From positions 1 to 13,448 of IMG/VR virus record IMGVR_UViG_2529293240_000021: 13,448 bases of DNA. One strand, 5' to 3'. A program made the position numbers and the translations under genes. The notes under the pieces are model-generated. The model was not told the DNA's origin, did no database searches, and saw only the letters and a program-made list of their open reading frames with translations. The DNA comes from a virus. Lineage: Duplodnaviria; Heunggongvirae; Uroviricota; Caudoviricetes. Shown piece by piece: positions 7,223-13,448 of this stretch (position 1 is the stretch's first letter; the number at the start of each line of letters is the position of its first letter).

Positions 7223-8688
7223 TGGCACGAAACAAACAAGCCCTGCGGCGAACTGTGCAGGCCACAGCTGATGGTTATGAGAATTTTATTGCCCGCGTAG
7301 GGATGCAGACACCTAACCAGCACTCAGCATCCACCTACCGGGCTAATTTCACCAGTCGTAACCGCATGCTGGTGGAATGGTCCTATCGTTCATCCTGGAT
7401 CATCGGCGAAGCAGTCGATGCTATCCCGGATGATATGACCCGCAAAGGCATTCGCATCACTTCGGAAATTGATGCAAAAGATCGTGGCATTCTCGAATCA
7501 CAACTGGATGAGTTGCAAATCTGGGATGCGCTGAATGACGTGCTGAAATGGTCGCGCCTCTACGGCGGCGCGGTGGGTTTCATCATGATTGAGGGGCAGG
7601 CACCAATGACCCCGCTGCGACCCGAAACCATCGGTAAGGGCAAGTTTAAGGGGATTCTCCCGCTCGACCGCTGGATGGTCGACCCGGCACTGACCCGCCG
7701 CATTAAAGATATGGGGCCGGACCTGGGTAAACCTGAGTTTTACGATGTGGTGACCACAGCAACGGGAATTCCTGCCTGGCGCATTCATCACAGTCGCCTG
7801 ATTCGCTTTGATGGCGTCACGTTGCCATTTCAGCAGAAGATGACCGAGAACGAATGGGGAATGTCGGTTGTAGAGCGTATCTGGGATCGTCTTACCGCGT
7901 TCGACAGCGCTACTGTCGGCGCGGCGCAGCTGGTCTACAAGGCGCATTTGCGTACCTACAGCGTGGAGAAGCTACGCGAGCTTATCGCACTTGGTGGTCC
8001 TGCGTATGAAGCGTTGCTGAAGAATATCGACCTGATTCGACAGTTCCAGAGTAATGAAGGCATGACGCTCATGGACTCGCGGGATAAGTTTGAAACCCAT
8101 CAGTACAGCTTCAGTGGTCTGGATGACATCCTTTCGCAGTTTGCAGAACAGATTAGTGGCGCTGTTGGTATCCCACTGGTGCGGTTGTTCGGACAGTCCC
8201 CGAAAGGATTTTCTACCGGTGATGCAGACCTTGCCAACTATTACGATCGCATCAGTTCGTTGCAGGAGAGGCGTTTACGTCTTCCGGTGCGGCGGATACT
8301 GGACATCATGCATCGTTCGGAACTTGGCAAGCCGCTGCCGGACGATTTCACGTTTGAGTTTAACCCGCTCTGGCAAATGTCTGATGTCGATCGCTCAACG
8401 GTGGCGTTAAACACCACCAACGCAATCAGTACGGCGCTGGGTGATGGTCTGATGACACTGAAAGCCGCTATGACTGATTTGCGAGAAAATTCTGACGTAA
8501 CCGGCATCGGGGCATCCATTACCGACGAGGACATCGAGAATGCCGAAGATGAAGCGCCGCCCGGCATCGGCGAACCTGATGACGAACCGCAGGAGCCGTC
8601 AGGCGGAAATCCGGTATCGAACCAGCCTACGCAGGATAGCGAGGGCGGTCGGAGACATCGTAAATGGTCGCTACGATGGTTCAAATGA
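7222..8688 (+). CDS. phage portal protein
   Basis: 488-aa ORF immediately after the large terminase with translational coupling (TGATG), followed by a Mu F-like gene, as in the SPP1-type order terL-portal-gp7. Acidic C-terminal tail. Family assignment is by position, size and overall resemblance, not by search. Confidence 0.7.
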   Translation: MARNKQALRRTVQATADGYENFIARVGMQTPNQHSASTYRANFTSRNRMLVEWSYRSSWIIGEAVDAIPDDMTRKGIRITSEIDAKDRGILESQLDELQIWDALNDVLKWSRLYGGAVGFIMIEGQAPMTPLRPETIGKGKFKGILPLDRWMVDPALTRRIKDMGPDLGKPEFYDVVTTATGIPAWRIHHSRLIRFDGVTLPFQQKMTENEWGMSVVERIWDRLTAFDSATVGAAQLVYKAHLRTYSVEKLRELIALGGPAYEALLKNIDLIRQFQSNEGMTLMDSRDKFETHQYSFSGLDDILSQFAEQISGAVGIPLVRLFGQSPKGFSTGDADLANYYDRISSLQERRLRLPVRRILDIMHRSELGKPLPDDFTFEFNPLWQMSDVDRSTVALNTTNAISTALGDGLMTLKAAMTDLRENSDVTGIGASITDEDIENAEDEAPPGIGEPDDEPQEPSGGNPVSNQPTQDSEGGRRHRKWSLRWFK

Positions 8689-9322
8689 CAGTATCACGGA
8701 AATTATTGCGGCGCTGGAGCGTTACAGTGAAATCATCACCCCCTGGGCGACAAAGGTCGCGGAAAACTTTACTGCGGACCTAACCCGGCAGAACGAGAAA
8801 GTTTGGCGGCAACACAGCAAGAACATCAGTCGCGAGCTCCGCAATCTTGTGGAAAGCGCTCCTGTGGGCCAGGTGATGCAATCCATCATCGCCGAACAGG
8901 TCAAGTACATCAAATCTCTGCCTCTCGAGGCCGCAGACAGGGTGTACGACATCCAGAACAAAGCGATAGAGGCTGTTGTCACCGGTGGTCGGGCGGAGCA
9001 GTTTGCTAAAGAGATTGCATCTACCGGCGATGTTGCTAAGTCTAGGGCCGATCTGATTGCCCGAACGGAACTGGGAAGAGCAACGGGCGCGCTGGATATG
9101 GCCCGAGCGATAGCTATTGGCTCGGATGGTTATATTTGGCGTACAGCCGATGATGGCGATGTCCGAGATTCCCACGATCACATGAAAGGTAAATTCGTCC
9201 GCTGGGATTCACCTCCAACTTTGGACGGCATGACCGGCCACGCGGGCGAGCTGCCAAACTGCCGCTGCTATAAAGAGATCGTGTTTGTTCGCGTTCCATT
9301 CGCAATGAAAAGGGCAGCATAA
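8579..9322 (+). CDS. phage head morphogenesis protein, Mu F / SPP1 gp7 family
   Basis: C-terminal region GYIWRTADDGDVRDSHDHMKGKFVRWD...LPNCRCY is the characteristic Mu F-like domain signature. Start is uncertain (ATG 8579 chosen, overlapping the portal 3' end by about 110 bp). Confidence 0.75.
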   Translation: MTNRRSRQAEIRYRTSLRRIARAVGDIVNGRYDGSNDSITEIIAALERYSEIITPWATKVAENFTADLTRQNEKVWRQHSKNISRELRNLVESAPVGQVMQSIIAEQVKYIKSLPLEAADRVYDIQNKAIEAVVTGGRAEQFAKEIASTGDVAKSRADLIARTELGRATGALDMARAIAIGSDGYIWRTADDGDVRDSHDHMKGKFVRWDSPPTLDGMTGHAGELPNCRCYKEIVFVRVPFAMKRAA

Positions 9323-9325
9323 CCC

Positions 9326-10546
9326 ATGAAATACTTTTTTGAGACCAGGCTCGGGGAAACCCGATACCGCCTGGCTGACGGCTCGTTGCTGTGCAAAGAC
9401 GTGCCGATAGGACGAACAGGTAAGCAGCTCTATGGTGCTGATGACCTGCCAAAACTGAAACCCGATAAGTTCGGTGAAATAGTCGTCACGCGTTCTCCTG
9501 AGCAGGTATTCCATCCGGCCACGCTTGCCTCATTCGAAGGGATGAGCATCACGATCCTGCATCCTGAAGATGAAAACGGGAATGTGCGGCTGGTAAATCC
9601 CGAGAACTGGAAAGAGCTTGCTGTCGGGCACCTCCAGAATGTCCGGCGCGGGACGGGTGAGCAGTCTGATTTGATGCTGGCTGACCTTATCGTCAAAGAC
9701 GAAAGCGCCATTCAGCTTATCGAAGATGGCCTGCGCGAAGTGTCGTGCGGCTATGACGCGGAGTACGAGCAGACCGAGCCAGGTAAAGCCGAGCAGGTCG
9801 ATATTACCGGAAACCATGTGGCTCTTGTCCCTAAAGGCAGAGCCGGAAATCGTTGTGCAATTGGAGACAGAGACACAATGGCAAATCAAAAGAAAAACTG
9901 GTGGAACCGCATGCGTGCGGCCATCAAGACAGGAGATGCCGACACCATGAACGAACTGGTGGAGTCGGCTCCCGCATCGGTTACAGGAGATGAGGGGGAT
10001 TTGCCGCAGGGCGTTAATCTCAACATCAACCTGTCCCCGCAGCAACCACTACCGGACAAAGCACCAGAGATGGGCGGAGATCCAACCGGCGACAGTGATG
10101 ATGACCTCAAAACATTACTGAAAGCCCTGCTGGCTAAGCTGGAAAGAAATGCCACGGGCGATAACGATAATAAGCCTGACGATAATCCGACCGGTGACGG
10201 CGAGGACGATGAAGAGGAAACCACGATTACTGGTGACTCAGCCTGGCGTGCCGAAGTTATCGTTCCGGGTATCGATCTGAGCCGTAAGATGAAACCGACC
10301 GCGTTCAAACGCGAGGTTCTGGCTTCTGCTGACAAAACGCTGGTTCGCCAGATAGTCGGTGATGCGGATATCCGCAAATTACCGAAACAATCGGTCGACA
10401 TGGCGTTTAATGCCGTGTCTGAGGTTGCCAAAGGGCGAAACACCCGCGCCACCACCGGCGATGCACAGCGCCTAAACATGGGCATGACCAGTATCGCTTC
10501 CCTGAACAAACAAAACGCTGAATTCTGGGCAAACCGTAAAGGGTAA
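9326..10546 (+). CDS. putative capsid scaffolding / prohead maturation protein
   Basis: 406-aa ORF between the Mu F-like gene and the capsid genes. Globular N-terminal domain followed by a strongly acidic, low-complexity central segment with reiterated TGD motifs, then a basic C-terminus. Assignment is by position and composition only. Confidence 0.45.
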   Translation: MKYFFETRLGETRYRLADGSLLCKDVPIGRTGKQLYGADDLPKLKPDKFGEIVVTRSPEQVFHPATLASFEGMSITILHPEDENGNVRLVNPENWKELAVGHLQNVRRGTGEQSDLMLADLIVKDESAIQLIEDGLREVSCGYDAEYEQTEPGKAEQVDITGNHVALVPKGRAGNRCAIGDRDTMANQKKNWWNRMRAAIKTGDADTMNELVESAPASVTGDEGDLPQGVNLNINLSPQQPLPDKAPEMGGDPTGDSDDDLKTLLKALLAKLERNATGDNDNKPDDNPTGDGEDDEEETTITGDSAWRAEVIVPGIDLSRKMKPTAFKREVLASADKTLVRQIVGDADIRKLPKQSVDMAFNAVSEVAKGRNTRATTGDAQRLNMGMTSIASLNKQNAEFWANRKG

Positions 10547-10549
10547 AAA

Positions 10550-11056
10550 ATGAATAATGTATTTCTGTACCGGATGCCTGTTGGCATTGCCGGGGCTGTC
10601 TCTCGCCCGCAGGACTTAACCGTCGAACCGGTGGTCCTTAAATCCGATAACGCCTTCGCTGCCTATGGCCTGGCTGGTAAATACGATGATGACGGTTTTT
10701 TCGTGCCGCTGGCAGATGGTGATACCGCAGACAAGGTGAAGGGGATCTACGTGCGCCCTTATCCGACCACGTCGCAGCCGGACATGGTTCGCCAGGTGGG
10801 AACAGGCAAGAACTTCCCGGGCGACGCCATGAAGCGTGGCTACGTGACCGTTAATCTCGGTTCTGATTTTGATGCCAGCACTATCAAAAAAGGCGATCCG
10901 GTATACGTTGTCGTCTCCACTGATGAATCCATCAAAGTGCCGCTGGGTGGATTCATGTCCACGTCAGTCAGTGGCAAAAACGTGGTGCTGACCAACGCTG
11001 AATTCACAGGTGCCGGTGATGCTGACGGCAATGCAGAAATTTCCTGGAAGATTTAA
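10550..11056 (+). CDS. putative head decoration / cement protein
   Basis: 168-aa ORF tightly packed (3-bp gap) between the putative scaffold and major capsid genes; Gly/Val/Asp-rich, beta-rich-looking composition. Assignment is by position only. Confidence 0.35.
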   Translation: MNNVFLYRMPVGIAGAVSRPQDLTVEPVVLKSDNAFAAYGLAGKYDDDGFFVPLADGDTADKVKGIYVRPYPTTSQPDMVRQVGTGKNFPGDAMKRGYVTVNLGSDFDASTIKKGDPVYVVVSTDESIKVPLGGFMSTSVSGKNVVLTNAEFTGAGDADGNAEISWKI

Positions 11057-11067
11057 GGAACAGACGA

Positions 11068-12009
11068 ATGATTACTTTTGATCAGGCAACCGTTGACAGC
11101 TCTGGTGCCTTTCTCATCGGGGAGCTGGAGCGACTCGACCAGACGCTGAACCTGCCACTGGTGGGGTACACCTGGAGCCGCGATATTCAACTGCGTGAAG
11201 ACGTCTCCATCGCAGATGACATTTCCAGCTGGACGAATACCAGCTTCGCCGCTGCGGGTACTGGCGCAAATCCGAATGGAAAAAACTGGGTAGGCAAAGA
11301 CTCAACCGCTATTGCTGGCGTGAACGTGGATATCGGCAAATCCGGTAACCCGCTGAACCTGTGGGGGATGGAACTTGGCTGGACGGTCATAGAATTGCAG
11401 GCTGCTCAGCAGGTCGGCCGCCCGATTGATACGCAGAAGTATGACGGTATGCAACTGAAATGGCAGATGGATAACGATGAACAGGTATATGTTGGCGATT
11501 CCGCATTAAACCTGAAAGGCCTTGTTACCCTGGACGGCGTGCCTGTCAACAACGCTGCCAAAACGTGGGCAACCTCAACACCGGACGAAATCCGCGCAAG
11601 CATTAACCAGGTGCTGTCTGATGCGTGGGCCGCTTCTGGTTACTCTGTGGTTCCGCGTGATTTGCTGATCCCGCCTGAGCAGTTTGCTCTGTTGTCCAGC
11701 ATCATCGTTTCATCTGCAGGTAACCAGTCCCTGTTGACGTACCTTCAGACCAACACCATCAGCTATCACCAGAACGGTGTTCCGCTGAATATCCGCGCGG
11801 TTAAATGGCTGAAAGGCCGTGGTGTGGGGAATAAGGATCGCATGGTTGCGTACACCAACGATAAAAAATACGTCCGCTACCCGCTGGTTCCGCTTCAGAG
11901 CGTGCCGGTGCAGTATCGCGGTCTGTATCAGATCGTCACTTACTACGGCAAGCTGGGTGCAGTCGAGCCAGTGTACAAAGAAACCATTTCGTACGTTGAT
12001 GGCATTTAA
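11068..12009 (+). CDS. putative major capsid protein
   Basis: 313-aa ORF with strong RBS (AAGGAA 8 nt upstream), last gene of the head block and followed by a stable hairpin. Size and position fit a major capsid protein. Confidence 0.6.
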   Translation: MITFDQATVDSSGAFLIGELERLDQTLNLPLVGYTWSRDIQLREDVSIADDISSWTNTSFAAAGTGANPNGKNWVGKDSTAIAGVNVDIGKSGNPLNLWGMELGWTVIELQAAQQVGRPIDTQKYDGMQLKWQMDNDEQVYVGDSALNLKGLVTLDGVPVNNAAKTWATSTPDEIRASINQVLSDAWAASGYSVVPRDLLIPPEQFALLSSIIVSSAGNQSLLTYLQTNTISYHQNGVPLNIRAVKWLKGRGVGNKDRMVAYTNDKKYVRYPLVPLQSVPVQYRGLYQIVTYYGKLGAVEPVYKETISYVDGI

Positions 12010-12016
12010 CAGCCAC

Positions 12017-12037
12017 ATGGCCCCCTGGCGGGGCCAT
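12017..12037 (+). other. GC-rich stem-loop (9-bp stem ATGGCCCCC / GGGGGCCAT, 3-nt loop) just downstream of the capsid gene; no U-tract
   Basis: Perfect inverted repeat read directly from the sequence, starting 8 nt after the capsid stop codon and 14 nt before the next start codon. Confidence 0.45.
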
Positions 12038-12050
12038 TAAGGATGACCCG

Positions 12051-12249
12051 ATGGCAAAAAATGATGCAGTAATACACGTACATACCCCGTTTGTGCTCAC
12101 GCTTCCCGACGGTTCTCGGCGCGAGTTTGTTAAAGGCCGTCATGTTGTGGAGGAAGACGTTGCCACGCACTGGTTCACTCGTGCGCACGCGGAAGTATCC
12201 GTTGGCAAAGCCACAGACGCGCGTAACGAGGTAAAAAATGCCAAAGAAT
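12051..12249 (+). pseudogene. small phage ORF downstream of capsid gene, 3' end replaced by IS3-family insertion
   Basis: ORF with RBS (AAGGATG) begins at 12051. The IS terminus (TGAGGTGTACTGGCAATAGCGGACAC) begins at 12250 inside codon 67, so the last 14 codons of the 81-aa ORF are IS-derived. Confidence 0.4.
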
Positions 12250-12292
12250 TGAGGTGTACTGGCAATAGCGGACACTACCATTTGTTCTTTTT

Positions 12293-13111
12293 TTAAGCAG
12301 CCATCTGATGATATTTTTCCCTGAAGGCTGCCGGGGAGATATTCCCCAGACGAGAGTGACGACGCTGACGATTGTAGAAAATCTCAATGTATTCCCGTAT
12401 TACTGAGATGGCTTCATCCCGGTTATTAAAACGATAGTGGCTCAGGCTCTCATTTTTCAGAGTTCCCCAGAAGCTTTCCATCGGAGCGTTGTCGTAACAG
12501 TTACCTTTACGCGACATTGATGTTTTCAGACCAAACTGCTCCTGTATGACCCGGTAATCGTATGCGCAGTACTGTGAACCTCGATCAGAGTGGTGGATTA
12601 GCCCGGCAGGTGGGCGCTGGCTCCTGAGCGCCATAAACAGGGCTTTACCTGTCAGCTCTTTTGTCACGCGCTCTCCCATGGCGTAGCCGACAATTTCGCA
12701 CGTATAAACATCTTTGATGCCAGCGAGGTACAACCATCCCTCCTGTGTGGCAACATACGTCAGGTCCGCCACCCAGACCTGATTTGGTGCTGTAGGAGCG
12801 AACGTCTGGTTCAGCAGATTTGGCGCAACTGGCAGATTGTGGTTCGGGTTCGTAGTCGCTCTGAACTTGCGTTTCTGCTTACAGCGTAGCCTTAGCTCCT
12901 TACGAAGACGTGCCAGTCGGTCACGACCAACGATGATGCCATTCTCTGCCAGCTCCGTCTGGAGCCGCCGGGTTCCATATGTTTCGCGAGTGCGGATATG
13001 TGCCACCTTAATCTCCAGTTTTAGCCGCTCATCACTTTGTTTTCTGTCTGAGGGTTCATGCTGTACCCAGTTGTAATAACCGCTCCTGGATACACCAAAT
13101 ACCTGACACAT
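12293..13111 (-). CDS. IS3-family transposase OrfB (DDE catalytic domain)
   Basis: 272-aa ORF with integrase-core motifs (VWVADLTY, HHSDRGSQY, CYDNAPMESF). Its frame stays open upstream to the A-run at 13191-13197. Confidence 0.85.
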   Translation of the reverse strand: MCQVFGVSRSGYYNWVQHEPSDRKQSDERLKLEIKVAHIRTRETYGTRRLQTELAENGIIVGRDRLARLRKELRLRCKQKRKFRATTNPNHNLPVAPNLLNQTFAPTAPNQVWVADLTYVATQEGWLYLAGIKDVYTCEIVGYAMGERVTKELTGKALFMALRSQRPPAGLIHHSDRGSQYCAYDYRVIQEQFGLKTSMSRKGNCYDNAPMESFWGTLKNESLSHYRFNNRDEAISVIREYIEIFYNRQRRHSRLGNISPAAFREKYHQMAA

Positions 13112-13160
13112 CGCTTCAATGGGAAATTGTTGTCGCCATTGTTCGATTAACGCGTATTTT

Positions 13161-13448
13161 TCAGCGACTCCTGTGCAAAATACGCTGTTGCTTTTTTAAT
13201 ATATCTCGCTCAAGGCGAGCTTCATTTAACGCCTTACGCAGTTGCAGAATTTCAGATTCCAGTTCAGCCACCGTGCGGGAACCAGGAGTACCGAGCCCTT
13301 TTCTGGCGGCGGTAACCCATTGTCCTAAAGTGCCTTCAGGAAGGGATAATCGGGAAGCGCCTTCACTGATCGAAGGTTGATTTTCAAGAACCGTTCTGAC
13401 AGCTTCGGCTTTGAACTCTTTAGAGTAACGTTGGGTTTTTCTGCTCAT
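13161..13448 (-). CDS. IS3-family OrfA (HTH / leucine-zipper protein)
   Basis: 95-aa ORF starting at the last base of the window (ATG at 13446-13448, minus strand): MSRKTQRYSKEFKAEAVRTVLENQ...; C-terminal tail may be altered (see findings). Confidence 0.85.
   Translation of the reverse strand: MSRKTQRYSKEFKAEAVRTVLENQPSISEGASRLSLPEGTLGQWVTAARKGLGTPGSRTVAELESEILQLRKALNEARLERDILKKQQRILHRSR
13191..13197 (-). promoter_or_regulatory. A6G slippery run at the orfA/orfB junction of the IS600-like element (frame relation atypical)
   Basis: Minus strand reads TTA AAA AAG in the orfA frame, but orfB lies in the +1 frame, not the -1 frame, relative to orfA by coordinate arithmetic. Confidence 0.55.

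Larger units (their letters stand above)
12250..13448 (-). mobile_element. IS3-family insertion sequence (IS600-like), partial; left end lies beyond window end
   Basis: orfA (HTH) and orfB (DDE integrase core) sit on the minus strand with an A-run at their junction. Terminus at 12250 begins TGAGGTGTACTGGCAATAGCGGACAC, resembling IS3-group ends. OrfA N-terminus MSRKTQRYSKEFKAEAVR is as I recall for IS600. Confidence 0.85.

Noticed and set aside
8540-9322. Start codon at 8540 for the Mu F-like gene, as given in the ORF track
   Set aside because: It would overlap the portal gene by about 150 bp. A later in-frame ATG (8579) is more plausible, and the true start remains uncertain.
8579-9322. Possibility that the Mu F-like protein is a Mu F-toxin fusion (polymorphic toxin cargo)
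   Set aside because: The ORF ends about 30 residues after the conserved Mu F-like motif region, so there is no C-terminal extension that could hold a toxin domain.
7498-10587. Minus-strand ORFs (about 100-233 aa) antisense to portal, Mu F-like and scaffold genes
   Set aside because: They overlap strongly supported plus-strand genes, have biased Arg/Ser/Ala/Cys-rich composition and lack start context; treated as shadow ORFs.
1-13448. CRISPR arrays, tRNA/rRNA genes, toxin-antitoxin pairs or a defence-system-like operon
   Set aside because: No spaced direct repeats, no tRNA-like cloverleaf candidates, and no pairs of small co-oriented ORFs outside phage or IS genes were seen. The only cargo-like gene is the single DedA-like moron.

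Overview
The window is a degraded prophage packaging and head-assembly region interrupted by four insertion sequences, most consistent with an IS-rich Shigella/E. coli-type genome. All family assignments come from reading the translations and from remembered family signatures; no database search was run. Layout, left to right: (1) an IS66-family element on the minus strand (tnpA-tnpB-tnpC, 1-2665) whose far end lies outside the window; (2) a 61-bp IS3-family (IS911-like) terminal fragment (2666-2726) into which the IS66 element has inserted; (3) a lysis-cassette remnant, the 3' part of an Rz-like spanin gene with an embedded Rz1-like lipoprotein ORF (2727-2972); (4) a divergently oriented YqaA/DedA-family membrane protein gene, a likely moron (3061-3570); (5) terminase small subunit (3768-4532); (6) terminase large subunit split by a complete IS2 (5151-6481) with a 5-bp GCAAT target duplication; (7) an apparently intact head block in SPP1-like order: portal, Mu F-like head morphogenesis protein, putative scaffold, small putative decoration protein, putative major capsid protein (7222-12009); (8) a small ORF cut by an IS3-family (IS600-like) element that runs off the right edge (12250-13448). 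No rRNA, tRNA or CRISPR array was seen. I found no multi-gene system that looks new; the most interesting items are the membrane-protein moron, the reconstructable terminase, and frame defects in two of the IS elements.
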